Shown: positions 9,543-18,965 of the stretch, piece by piece
Numbering within the stretch: the stretch's first letter is position 1
Layout of the letters: each line of letters opens with the position of its first letter
Assembly (NCBI GenBank): GCA_964495095.1
Contig: CAZBUH010000001.1
Coordinates: forward strand, 2,491-66,490
Direction: 5' to 3'
Origin: an uncultured Oscillospiraceae bacterium
GTDB taxonomy: Bacteria; Bacillota; Clostridia; Oscillospirales; Oscillospiraceae
Length of the DNA: 64,000 bases
Translations under genes and position numbers: made by a program
The notes under the pieces: generated by a model
Told to the model about the DNA's origin: nothing
The model's input: the letters and a program-made list of their open reading frames with translations, nothing else
The model's database searches: none

Positions 9543-10853
9543 TTATTGCTTAAGTCCTGTCAGTATATCGTACACATCCTCCGCCGAAATACCCTTGGAG
9601 TTTATGCTGACTACCGTATCGCCGTATATCACTGAAAAGCTCATGCGCACTTCTGGCGTGTCGCCGGCGTCCTGTACGGAATAAGCCCTGGCCTCCACCA
9701 TCTGAAGCGTCAGCTCATCAATAAGGAATACAGGTGACGACACCACTTCCCGCAGTTCTTCAGGCACTGAATCTGCAAAGGGAACAGAGTACAGCGACAT
9801 GTCGTATTTTTCCTTTTCATCCGGTGAAACAACAAGCTCCCGCACATCCTTGGAGACTAAGGAGGCATTCCAGCTTATTGAATCATACCCACGGCTCCAA
9901 AAAAGGCTCAGGCCGCCGTTTTTATATGCCGATTCAAATGTCCAGCCGGCAGATGAGAAATCCGGGATGTATTTTCCAAAGTCCGGGTTGGAAAGGGCGG
10001 CCTCCAAAGTTATTCCCTCCGGCGGGAGGGGCAGGCCGCTGCACATATACGGATCAGCTTCCGGCGTCTCCTCCGCAGACGGAGAGCTTTGATTTAAAAT
10101 TAAATCTATGTCCGGCTCCACCGGGCTGCCATCGCCGTTTTTGGGAAAGTAGAGCGCGGCGGCATAGCCCTCGGGAGGCGTAAAAGCTTCAAGCTCCCCG
10201 GGGGTGAAAAGCCCGCTTAAAAAAGGTATCGGCACATCCTCATCCTCGTTGCCGTATTCCCAGCAGACGGAAAACTCCACATGATAGCCCAGCGCTCTGA
10301 AAGCGTCTATGACGGCAGCCAGCGCCTCTGAGCCGGCAATAAGCCTTTCGCTGCCGTCAAATACGTCTATGCCGACGAAGAAAAGTGTGTTCTCGCTGAA
10401 ATTGCCCGTCTCGAGCGCCAGACTGACTTCGGTATAATATAATGTTTCTCCCTCTTTAGGAGCCCTGTAACAGGCGCTGGGGGTAGACGCATCGACTTCC
10501 ATAACATCAGAAAGGCTGTTTATCACAATATAGCTTTCTGTCTCCGGCATATGGGACACCTGAGGCGTGCCCGGCGCTATAACGTTTTCGCTTTCGGGAG
10601 CGGAGCTGCCGCGGCTGGCATCGTCGAGCATCGGCTGGGCGCTTATATCAGGCGTGGCTATAACTATACTGTCCCGATAGTTTTTAAGAGCAAAGGGCAG
10701 GGCCGCGCAGAGCAGCACAGCGGCTGCGGCAGCCATTGCCGGGATATATTTGTTCCAGCGCTTTTTTGTACTTTTTGCTGCGGCGGAAAGAATACGTTTT
10801 TTTAATGCCGCGTCCGGTGCTATGCTGTCATAATAGGCGCTATATTCCTGCAT
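9543..10853 (-). CDS. membrane protein, putative anti-sigma factor (role assigned by position only)
   Basis: Overlaps the upstream ECF sigma gene by 14 nt. It has a ~35-aa cytoplasmic N-terminus, one TM (IPAMAAAAAVLLCAALPFAL) and a ~370-aa external part. No zinc-binding anti-sigma motif was seen. Confidence 0.5.
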   Translation of the reverse strand: MQEYSAYYDSIAPDAALKKRILSAAAKSTKKRWNKYIPAMAAAAAVLLCAALPFALKNYRDSIVIATPDISAQPMLDDASRGSSAPESENVIAPGTPQVSHMPETESYIVINSLSDVMEVDASTPSACYRAPKEGETLYYTEVSLALETGNFSENTLFFVGIDVFDGSERLIAGSEALAAVIDAFRALGYHVEFSVCWEYGNEDEDVPIPFLSGLFTPGELEAFTPPEGYAAALYFPKNGDGSPVEPDIDLILNQSSPSAEETPEADPYMCSGLPLPPEGITLEAALSNPDFGKYIPDFSSAGWTFESAYKNGGLSLFWSRGYDSISWNASLVSKDVRELVVSPDEKEKYDMSLYSVPFADSVPEELREVVSSPVFLIDELTLQMVEARAYSVQDAGDTPEVRMSFSVIYGDTVVSINSKGISAEDVYDILTGLKQ

Positions 10854-11349
10854 TGTTATCCTCCTTTAAAAGACTTCCTAATTTTTGCCTTGCACGGGTC
10901 AGCATACTGCGTACAGTGCCCTCGCGCCGCTTTAAAAGCTTTGCTATATCCTTCACCGGATATCCCTCATAGTAAAAAAGGTGAATTACCGCCCTGTAAT
11001 CCGGCGGCAGCTTTGCTATGGAGTCCAGCAACTCAAACTGCTCCGGCGTCTCGGCGGGATAAATGTCCAAAAGCTCCTCACGCCTTGCCCTGGCAGGCGA
11101 GCGCAGTATAGATCTGCAGATGTTCACCGTCACGTGTATGAGCCACGCCCGCTCGTGGTTTTCATCATTAAATTTCGGCTCTTTTTCCATCACCCGGGCA
11201 AATGCTTCCTGAACGGCGTCCTCCGCGTCCTCCTTGTTCTGGGTTATCGCCGCTGCAGTTCTGTACAAGGCGGCTTCGTGTCTGTCCAAAAGTGTCTCTA
11301 TATATTCCAGCCGGCCGGCAGGAAGCTTCAATTCCGCCACCCCCTTCAC
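10840..11349 (-). CDS. ECF-type RNA polymerase sigma factor
   Basis: 169 aa. Region 2 is DAEDAVQEAFARV..WLIHVTVNICRS. The region 4 HTH is YEGYPVKDIAKLLKRREGTVRSMLTRARQKL. Confidence 0.88.
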   Translation of the reverse strand: MKGVAELKLPAGRLEYIETLLDRHEAALYRTAAAITQNKEDAEDAVQEAFARVMEKEPKFNDENHERAWLIHVTVNICRSILRSPARARREELLDIYPAETPEQFELLDSIAKLPPDYRAVIHLFYYEGYPVKDIAKLLKRREGTVRSMLTRARQKLGSLLKEDNNAGI

Positions 11350-11377
11350 TATATAAACGCATAAGCCGGTAAAAAGG

Positions 11378-11410
11378 CTGCAAAAAGCCGCAGAAATTTT
11401 TTCTGCGGCT
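11378..11410 (-). terminator. rho-independent terminator after the FAD-protein gene
   Basis: 11-bp stem AGCCGCAGAAA / TTTCTGCGGCT, followed on the minus strand by a T run. Confidence 0.7.
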
Positions 11411-11420
11411 TTGCGTTAAA

Positions 11421-13004
11421 CTATATTTCTGCAAGATACCGGCAGGCCATCTCTGCGCATTTTATGCCGTCCACCGCAGCGGAGGTTATGCCTCCCGCGT
11501 AGCCCGCCCCCTCTCCGCAGGGGAAAAGACCTTTTACGGAAGAAGAAAAATCCCCGTCCCTGTCAATCCTTACAGGACATGAGCTTCTTGTCTCCACAGC
11601 CGTCAGGACGGCGTCCGGCGAGGCAAAACCGCGGATTTTCCGGTCCATTTCAGGCAGCGCCTCCGCAATGGCGCTGCATATAAATTCAGGCAGCACATTC
11701 CAGAGATTGCAGAAACAGACCTCCGGCCTGTAGCTTGGCGTCACTTTGCCGGCGGAAGTGCTGGTGCGCTTATTCAGGAAGTCGCCTACAAGCTGGGCGG
11801 GAGCGATGAATCTGCCGCCGCCGGCCTTATAGGCCGCCTCCTCAAGGCTTATCTGAAGGTCGATTCCAGCCAGGGGAGAGCCGGGATAGTCCTCCGGCGT
11901 GACGCCGACCAGCAGGCCGCCGTTTATATTCTCCAGGTCTCTGGCGTATTCGCTCATGCCGTTTGTGACAAGGCGTCCGTTTTCCGAGGCTGCGGCCACG
12001 ACCTGGCCTCCGGGGCACACACAGAAGGTGAAAACGGAACGGCCGCCCGGAATATGGGCCGCCAGCTTATAATTTGAGGCGGGCAGCGTACCGAGAGTTG
12101 CGGCCTCGCCGTACTGGGCCGTGTCTATATCACGCTGCAGGTGCTCGATACGCACTCCCACGGCAAAGCTTTTGGCGGAGAGCTTTACGCCCTTTTCATA
12201 CAGCATCCTGAAGGTGTCCCTGGCGCCGTTTCCCGGGGCGAGAATCAGGCATTTGCAGGGCATACTGTATTTTTTACCGGCGTGTTCCACCGTTATGCCG
12301 GTAAGGCTGCCGCCGGCGCAGTCAATACAGCAGAGTCTGCTCGTAAAGCGTATATCGCAGCCCAGCTCCAAGAGCCGTCTGCGCATGTTGGCCACAACTG
12401 TTTTCAGGTTGTCCGTGCCTATGTGCGGGGCCGAGAGATATTCAATGTCGGACGGGGCGCCGAATTCCGCAAAGCGCCGGAAAACATAGGGTATCCGTAT
12501 ATCGTTTACTCCCGTGGAGAGCTTGCCGTCGGAAAATGTACCGGCGCCGCCCTCTCCGAACTGGACGTTGGAGGACTCGTCCAGCGCTCCTGTGCGCCAA
12601 AATCTCTCCACATCCCCGGTGCGCTGCTCCACTGGCCGGCCCCGCTCAAGGACAGTGCATTTTATACCGGCTTCCGCCAGTGAGAGGGCCGCAAAAAGCC
12701 CAGCGGGGCCCATTCCCACAACAACTGCCTGTTCCCGGATGTTTTCGGCGGTGGGGAAGGAATAGAGTTTTTGAGAGTAGGGCGATACATTTTTTGCAAA
12801 ACGGACGCGCTTTTCGTCTTTAAGCTTCGCCGCCACTGAATAAACAAAGTATATTTCAGGCTTTTTCCGGGAGTCTATTGATTTTTTCAGGATTTTGAGA
12901 TTAAGGATATCGGATTCCCGCAGACCCAAGGCCCTGGCCGCCGCTTTTTTAAGCCCGCCGTCCCCAAGCCCGGCCTTAATTCTTATACCTGTAATTTTTA
13001 TCAT
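11421..13004 (-). CDS. uncharacterised FAD-dependent dehydrogenase family protein
   Basis: 527 aa. It has a dinucleotide-binding motif VVVGMGPAGLFAAL and a C-terminal GEGAGYAGGI. The overall pattern matches the conserved FAD-dependent protein family of unknown substrate. Confidence 0.75.
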   Translation of the reverse strand: MIKITGIRIKAGLGDGGLKKAAARALGLRESDILNLKILKKSIDSRKKPEIYFVYSVAAKLKDEKRVRFAKNVSPYSQKLYSFPTAENIREQAVVVGMGPAGLFAALSLAEAGIKCTVLERGRPVEQRTGDVERFWRTGALDESSNVQFGEGGAGTFSDGKLSTGVNDIRIPYVFRRFAEFGAPSDIEYLSAPHIGTDNLKTVVANMRRRLLELGCDIRFTSRLCCIDCAGGSLTGITVEHAGKKYSMPCKCLILAPGNGARDTFRMLYEKGVKLSAKSFAVGVRIEHLQRDIDTAQYGEAATLGTLPASNYKLAAHIPGGRSVFTFCVCPGGQVVAAASENGRLVTNGMSEYARDLENINGGLLVGVTPEDYPGSPLAGIDLQISLEEAAYKAGGGRFIAPAQLVGDFLNKRTSTSAGKVTPSYRPEVCFCNLWNVLPEFICSAIAEALPEMDRKIRGFASPDAVLTAVETRSSCPVRIDRDGDFSSSVKGLFPCGEGAGYAGGITSAAVDGIKCAEMACRYLAEI

Positions 13005-13087
13005 CTTTCGTCACCACAGTTAAGAGCTTTCGTTAGCTGTCAAAAATACGAATATAGTATAGCATTAATTGCAAAACGGCGCAATTA

Positions 13088-13516
13088 GTGTTATTATCTT
13101 TCCTGGTGATGATCTTGACGGACTATTTTCATGTCTCCATGGAGTTAGAGGAGATAAATAAAATTTCAAATCTGGGCCTTGCCCATATAGGCGACGCCGT
13201 ATATGAGCTTATGGTGCGCTCCTGGCTGTGCGTTCGCGGCAAGGCCACGTCAAAAGGGCTGCACGCCGCCACGGTGTCCTATGTCCGGGCGCCGGCCCAG
13301 GCCGCAGCCGCCGGCAAGCTTCTGCCGGAGCTTACGGAGAGCGAGCGGGGAGTATATAAGCGCGGCAGGAACTCGCGTGTAAATTCCGTACCTCAGAAGT
13401 CCACACTGGAGGAGTACCATGCGGCTACAGGGCTGGAAGCGCTTTTTGGCTGGCTTTATCTCCAGGGGAAAACGGACAGGCTGAACGAGATTTTTAGTAT
13501 TATCATGGAGGACTGA
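13088..13516 (+). CDS. mrnC: mini-ribonuclease III
   Basis: Carries the RNase III-like signature LGLAHIGDAVYEL and a size of ~125-140 aa. The start is uncertain: GTG 13088, ATG 13109 or ATG 13139. Confidence 0.8.
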   Translation: MLLSFLVMILTDYFHVSMELEEINKISNLGLAHIGDAVYELMVRSWLCVRGKATSKGLHAATVSYVRAPAQAAAAGKLLPELTESERGVYKRGRNSRVNSVPQKSTLEEYHAATGLEALFGWLYLQGKTDRLNEIFSIIMED

Positions 13517-13518
13517 CA

Positions 13519-15267
13519 ATGCCACTTGACGCGGTATGCCTTTCGGCCCTTTGCGGTGAGCTGGGCCGGCGCATAATCGGTATGAAAATAGATAAGGTGC
13601 AGCAGCCTGAGAGGGACGAGATACTGCTGAATCTCCGGGGAAACGGCGACAACTGCCGGCTTCTTATATCAGCCGGAACGGGAAATGCCAGGGTGCATGT
13701 GACGGAGTTTTCCTACGAAAATCCTCAGACGCCGCCCATGTTCTGTATGCTTCTGCGAAAGCACCTTGTGGGCGCAAAGATATGCGGGCTCACGCAGCCG
13801 CCTATGGAGCGGATGCTGGATATGGAACTGGACACCTACGACGAGATGGGCGTATACTGCAAAAAACGGCTTATATTGGAGATTATGGGCCGCTACTCAA
13901 ATATCATCCTGGTGGGGCCCGACGGTATAATAATTGACTGCCTCCGGCGCGTCGATTCGGAGATGTCCGAAAGGCGCCAGGTGCTGCCGGGTCTTATATA
14001 CAGGCTTCCGCCGAAGCAGGATAAGCTTAACCCGGCGGAGACAGGCAGCCTTGAAGCTGTTTTTGGCCTGAATCCTCCGGCAGGGCAGCTTGATAAATGG
14101 CTTCTGGGCAATTTTGAAGGGCTTTCCCCCCTGATATGCCGCGAAATCGTAAGCCGGGCCTACGGCAGGACGGATATAAGAGCGGAGGAGTGTGACGATC
14201 TTCGCCCCCTGGCGTCGGAATTTGAAAGGCTTATGGGGAGCGTAAAAAGCGGAAGCTTTACTCCGCTGCTGCTCTCCGAACAGGGGAAACCGGCGGATTT
14301 CTCATATACGGACATAACCCAGTACGGCGATATATACGATAAAGAGAATATGGGGGGCTTTTCCCAGCTTCTTGAAGCGTATTATACAAGACGCGATAAA
14401 GCCGACCGGGTGCGCCAGCGGGCGCAGTCCATGACCAAAACCGTAAAAAACGCGGCAGCCAGGATAGAGCGGAAATTAAATCTCCAGCGTCAGGAGTACA
14501 CCGCCACCCTGGACAGGGACAGGCTCCGTCAGCAGGGCGATATAATCACTGCAAACCTCTATCAGATGCAAAAGGGCATGACGGTGCTGAAGGCCGCGGA
14601 CTTTTACTCTGAAGACGGTGTGGAGGTGGAAATTCGCCTTGACCCACGGAAAACCCCGCAGCAGAACGCGGCGAAATACTACAGGGATTACACAAAGGCG
14701 AAAAACGCCGAAAAGGTGCTGTCTGAGCAGATTTTAAGCGGGGAGAACGAGCTTCAGTATTTAAACAGCGTAATAGAGGAGATAGAAAAGGCCGAGGGCG
14801 AGCGGGATCTTGCGGAGATACGCCAGGAGCTTACGGACACGGGTTATCTCCGGCGCCAGAAGAGCGGGAAAAAGGAAAAGCGTGTTGAGCAGAAGCCCAT
14901 GCACTTCCGCTCGGAGAGCGGCTACGACATATGGGTGGGCAAAAACAATATCCAAAACGACCGTCTGACGCTGAAAACGGCTCTTAAAACGGATATCTGG
15001 CTCCACACCCAGAAAATACACGGCTCACATGTTATCATATCCTGCGGAGGCACAACGCCTGACAACGGGACGGTTGAGACTGCGGCGATGCTTGCCGCTC
15101 TCTATTCCCAGGGGCGGGAAAGCCGGAAGGTGCCAGTGGATTACACGGCGGTAAAAAATGTAAAAAAGCCCTCGGGAGGAAAGCCGGGAATGGTCATATA
15201 TGTGGACTACAAAACGGTTTTTGTTACGCCGGATGAAAAGCTCGCTGAAAAGCTCCGGGTAAAATAA
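13519..15267 (+). CDS. rqcH: ribosome quality control protein RqcH (NFACT family, formerly FbpA-like)
   Basis: 582 aa with an N-terminal NFACT-N pattern, a central coiled coil and a C-terminal DIWLHTQKIHGSHVII block. Confidence 0.85.
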   Translation: MPLDAVCLSALCGELGRRIIGMKIDKVQQPERDEILLNLRGNGDNCRLLISAGTGNARVHVTEFSYENPQTPPMFCMLLRKHLVGAKICGLTQPPMERMLDMELDTYDEMGVYCKKRLILEIMGRYSNIILVGPDGIIIDCLRRVDSEMSERRQVLPGLIYRLPPKQDKLNPAETGSLEAVFGLNPPAGQLDKWLLGNFEGLSPLICREIVSRAYGRTDIRAEECDDLRPLASEFERLMGSVKSGSFTPLLLSEQGKPADFSYTDITQYGDIYDKENMGGFSQLLEAYYTRRDKADRVRQRAQSMTKTVKNAAARIERKLNLQRQEYTATLDRDRLRQQGDIITANLYQMQKGMTVLKAADFYSEDGVEVEIRLDPRKTPQQNAAKYYRDYTKAKNAEKVLSEQILSGENELQYLNSVIEEIEKAEGERDLAEIRQELTDTGYLRRQKSGKKEKRVEQKPMHFRSESGYDIWVGKNNIQNDRLTLKTALKTDIWLHTQKIHGSHVIISCGGTTPDNGTVETAAMLAALYSQGRESRKVPVDYTAVKNVKKPSGGKPGMVIYVDYKTVFVTPDEKLAEKLRVK

Positions 15268-15269
15268 CT

Positions 15270-15305
15270 AAAACGCTGATTGCACAATTTAGCAATCAGC
15301 GTTTT
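15270..15305. terminator. bidirectional terminator between rqcH and feoB
   Basis: 14-bp perfect stem AAAACGCTGATTGC / GCAATCAGCGTTTT. The A and T runs lie within the stem ends. Confidence 0.8.
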
Positions 15306-15307
15306 AA

Positions 15308-17110
15308 CTATATAAGCGAAAACAGCTTTGACAGAAGATTTGTGATAACGCATATGGCCCCGCCGCATATTGCCGGTATGAATATTGCGGCAAGGGTCCA
15401 TTTTACGCTGCCGGTTTCCTTTTTTATAGTCATTATCGTGGTGGCGCAGGGCCAGTGGAGAAGGAAAAATATCACGGTGTTCAACGCTGTAAGCCAGGTC
15501 CAGCCGTTATCTGCAAAAAGTGTTCGGATAGCTTCCAGACTCGTCAGCTCTGTAAGGGAGCCGGAGGCGGTGTAGGCCATTATCATTATCGGTATTACTA
15601 TCTCGCTTGCCGGAAGTCCCAGTATAAAAGCCAGCAGTATCACGCCGTCAAGCCCCATAAGACGCCCTGCCGGCTCCAAAAAGGAGGCCGCGTGGCTTAA
15701 AAGGGAAGCCCCGCCAACGGAGATATTGGCTAATATCCATATAAGTATGCCGGCCGGGGCCGCGGCGGTAATTGCCCGCCCCAGGACAAATATGCCTCTG
15801 TCGCATATAGAGCGGATGATTATTTTCCCAAGCTGCGGTTTCCGGTAGGGAGGAAGCTCCAGGGTGAATGTGGTCGTCTCGCCTTTTAATATCGTTTTAG
15901 AGAGCGCCGCCGATACTAAAAAGGTCATCAATATCCCAAAGACTATCACAGCCGTAAGCGTCAGCGCAGAGCCTGCTGAGGAGGCAAACATAAAGCAGCC
16001 GATCAGCGTGAGCATAGCCGGAAAACGACCGTTGCAGGGCAGAAAACAATTTGTGATAATGGCTATAAGCCGCTCCCTGGGAGAGTCGATTATGCGGCAA
16101 CCGGTGACGCCCACGGCGTTGCATCCAAGGCCCTGGCACATGGTAAGGGCCTGCTTTCCGCAGGTGCCGCAGGCTTTGAAGAATTTATCAAGATTAAAGG
16201 CCACCCGGGGCAGATAGCCCAGATCCTCCAGGAATGTAAACAGCGGGAAAAATATGAGCATCGGCGGCAGCATGACGGACACCACCCAGGCCACCGTCCG
16301 CCAGCAGCCGTCGGCCAAAAGCGAGCAGAGCCAGTCGGGCAGATGCAGCGACAGGAGCCCGGAATAAATATTGTCCTGGGCGCCCAGCAGAATATTTGAG
16401 AGCCACTGGGAGGGATAGTTTGACCCCTGTATTGTAAGCCAGAATATTACCGCCAGCATAAGTAGCATTATGGGAAGCCCGGTGAATTTTCCCGTAAGCA
16501 GCTTATCTATCTTTCTGTCCTTTTTATCCGGCGCTTCGGTGAATTCAACGCACTCCGCGGCAACGCCCTCGGCCATTATGACCGCGCACTTTTCATCCTC
16601 CGGCGGCAGCGAAAAAGCCGGGGATCCGGATGTCCTGGAAAGTATCGCGTTCTTGAGCCGCCGCAGATCCGCGGGGTTTCTGGCGGTGATGCCCACTACC
16701 GGTACGCCGAGCTCCCTGGAGAGCTTTTTTAAATCTATCCTGACGCCGCGCGCTGTGGCTTCATCCATAAGGTTTACGCAGACAATGGAGTTATGGCACA
16801 TATTTATTACCTGGAGAGCCAGAATAAGATTCCGCTCAAGGCAGGAAGCGTCACAAACTATCACCACCCGGTCGTACTGCCCGTTTACGAGGTAGTCCCT
16901 GGTGACCTTCTCCTCCGCCGAGCTGGGGCGGAGGGAATATGTACCGGGCAAATCCACAAGGGTACATTCTGTACCTCTGTCGGCAAAAGTGCCCATCGCC
17001 ACACCGACGGTTTTGCCGGGCCAGTTCCCGGTATGCTGATTCATACCTGTAAGCCCGTTAAAAACAGTGCTTTTTCCTACGTTAGGGTTTCCGACCAAGG
17101 CTACCTGCAT
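15308..17110 (-). CDS. feoB: ferrous iron transporter FeoB
   Basis: 600 aa with an N-terminal G domain (GNPNVGKST, DLPG) and a polytopic C-terminal permease. Confidence 0.93.
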   Translation of the reverse strand: MQVALVGNPNVGKSTVFNGLTGMNQHTGNWPGKTVGVAMGTFADRGTECTLVDLPGTYSLRPSSAEEKVTRDYLVNGQYDRVVIVCDASCLERNLILALQVINMCHNSIVCVNLMDEATARGVRIDLKKLSRELGVPVVGITARNPADLRRLKNAILSRTSGSPAFSLPPEDEKCAVIMAEGVAAECVEFTEAPDKKDRKIDKLLTGKFTGLPIMLLMLAVIFWLTIQGSNYPSQWLSNILLGAQDNIYSGLLSLHLPDWLCSLLADGCWRTVAWVVSVMLPPMLIFFPLFTFLEDLGYLPRVAFNLDKFFKACGTCGKQALTMCQGLGCNAVGVTGCRIIDSPRERLIAIITNCFLPCNGRFPAMLTLIGCFMFASSAGSALTLTAVIVFGILMTFLVSAALSKTILKGETTTFTLELPPYRKPQLGKIIIRSICDRGIFVLGRAITAAAPAGILIWILANISVGGASLLSHAASFLEPAGRLMGLDGVILLAFILGLPASEIVIPIMIMAYTASGSLTELTSLEAIRTLFADNGWTWLTALNTVIFFLLHWPCATTIMTIKKETGSVKWTLAAIFIPAICGGAICVITNLLSKLFSLI

Positions 17111-17114
17111 CGGC

Positions 17115-17348
17115 TTACCCTACCATTATGCGGCGGGCGTCCTCGGAGCGGAGGGCTATTACTGCTCCGCGTATCATATACGCCGTCGGGTCGCCAAAGG
17201 GGCTTTTTTGCAGGCACTTTATGCCGGTGCCCTCGATAAGACCTATATCAGAAAGCCGCCGCCGCATAGCCTCGCTGCAGCTCAGGCTGTGTACCGTGGC
17301 GCTGCCGCCCACCTGTAAGGTGTTCAGCGGAAAAATATTTTGTTCCAT
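17115..17348 (-). CDS. feoA: FeoA family protein
   Basis: 77 aa with an SH3-like FeoA pattern (RRRLSDIGLIEGTGI..VIALRSEDARRIMV), directly upstream of feoB. Confidence 0.88.
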   Translation of the reverse strand: MEQNIFPLNTLQVGGSATVHSLSCSEAMRRRLSDIGLIEGTGIKCLQKSPFGDPTAYMIRGAVIALRSEDARRIMVG

Positions 17349-17474
17349 GATGTATCGGCTCCGTTCAAATTTAAGTATGGGAATGGAGTTATCCCGATAT
17401 ATACTATGACGGAGCCGGTGCTGTGGTGTCCGGACACGGCGGCGTATGCGTCAGGAGATTTTTTGAATTTTTCC

Positions 17475-17513
17475 AGAATAAAACCCCGGAAGCTGATTTG
17501 TCAGCTTCCGGGG
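17475..17513 (-). terminator. rho-independent terminator after pfp
   Basis: 13-bp stem CCCCGGAAGCTGA / TCAGCTTCCGGGG, followed by TTTTATT on the minus strand. Confidence 0.8.
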
Positions 17514-17549
17514 TTATTGGCCTGCGGCATTGCCGCCGTATATTATTTA

Positions 17550-18794
17550 TCAGGCATTTGCCAGGACTTTTTTCAGCTTTGCAAAGCGGGGAAGGGAATT
17601 TTCAAGCTTGCGGGCCGGCTCACCCTGGATAAGGGGCAGGGCATAGTCGATAAATTCCTGAGTAACGCCGTCGCCGGTGGGGGTTATCCACTCCAGCGGG
17701 ACCTTCTTTTCGTAGTTTGCAACGGAGGTCAGGGGGAGCAGAGCGGTTTTGCAGACATATTTGCCGTCAACATACTCTCTCTCAAAGGCCACCATCATAC
17801 CTGTGGTGCCGTTTACCGCGCTCTCAACGGCAACCTTACCTGCCATGAAAGCCTCGTCAATATCAGTCTGGGAGGCCAAATGAGCGCCGCAGCGCTGGAG
17901 AAGGCTCAGCTCTATGCCCCTTACCTTGGCGCCGGTCTTTTCCTTTACCACATTTGCCAGCAGGGAAGCAAGACCGCCGAGCTGCGCGTGGCCAAAGCCG
18001 TCGGTAGCGGAGGTTTTTGCCTCGGAGACAAAGGAGCCGTCGGCATAGTGGATGCCCTCGGAAACGGCCACAATGCAGTTGCCTTTTTTGCTGTATATAT
18101 CCGACACCTTCTTTAAGAAGCTGTCCATGTCAAAATCAACTTCGGGGAGATAGATAAGGTCGGGGCCCGCTCCTGCGACAGAGGCAAGGGAGGCGGCGCC
18201 TGCCAGCCATCCGGCGTGGCGGCCCATAATCTCGATTATAGTGACCATCCCGGTGTCGTACACATGGGCGTCTTTATATACCTCGGCAATGGAGGTAGCT
18301 ATGTATTTTGCGGCGCTTGCGAAGCCGGGGCAGTGGTCGGTGCCGTAGAGGTCGTTGTCAATGGTTTTGGGTATGCCCATGACGTTGCACTCATATCCGC
18401 TCTTGGCCATATATCTGCTTATTTTGTCGCAGGTATCCATGGAGTCGTTTCCGCCGTTATAGAAGAAGTAGCGGACATTGTATTTTTTGAATATTTCAAG
18501 AATGCGCTTATAGTCGGTATCATCCTTTTCCGGGTCTGCCATTTTGTAGCGGCAGGAGCCAAGCTCCGAAGAGGGAGTGTTGAGAAGAAGCTCCAGCTCC
18601 GCCGGGTCCTCCTTGTCCATAACGTAGAGCTTGTCGTCCAATACGCCCTTTATGCCATGGGCCGCGCCCAGTACCATAGTGATTTCTTCCGCCTCAAGAG
18701 CTGTCTTTATTGCGCCGTATGCGCTGGCGTTTATGACCGCGGTAGGTCCGCCGGACTGGCCGATAATGCACGCGCCTTTTAATCCTTTGCTCAT
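17550..18794 (-). CDS. pfp: pyrophosphate-dependent 6-phosphofructokinase (long PFK type)
   Basis: 414 aa PFK fold. The diagnostic residues are GGNDS (Asp where ATP-PFKs have Gly in GGDGS) and PKTIDND (Lys where ATP-PFKs have Gly). Confidence 0.8.
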   Translation of the reverse strand: MSKGLKGACIIGQSGGPTAVINASAYGAIKTALEAEEITMVLGAAHGIKGVLDDKLYVMDKEDPAELELLLNTPSSELGSCRYKMADPEKDDTDYKRILEIFKKYNVRYFFYNGGNDSMDTCDKISRYMAKSGYECNVMGIPKTIDNDLYGTDHCPGFASAAKYIATSIAEVYKDAHVYDTGMVTIIEIMGRHAGWLAGAASLASVAGAGPDLIYLPEVDFDMDSFLKKVSDIYSKKGNCIVAVSEGIHYADGSFVSEAKTSATDGFGHAQLGGLASLLANVVKEKTGAKVRGIELSLLQRCGAHLASQTDIDEAFMAGKVAVESAVNGTTGMMVAFEREYVDGKYVCKTALLPLTSVANYEKKVPLEWITPTGDGVTQEFIDYALPLIQGEPARKLENSLPRFAKLKKVLANA

Positions 18795-18965
18795 AAAAAA
18801 GCCTCCCGTAATTTATATTTATCATGAAACCTATTGAATAATAACACATAGATGGGACAAAATCAAACTGCAAATTGTTTAAATTTACGCTTGAAATAGT
18901 GCGGAAATATGTTAGTATATTTATGGTTAAGTGACATTTTATTCTTATTAAGGAGATGCTGAACT

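Noticed and set aside
17349-17480. Fur/DtxR-type operator upstream of feoA
   Set aside because: Only a weak partial palindrome (GGGAAT..TTATCCC) is present, with no convincing match to a Fur box. It cannot be supported by eye.
17340-18782. 258-aa and 188-aa + strand ORFs
   Set aside because: Both are antisense to the pfp gene and neither carries any motif.
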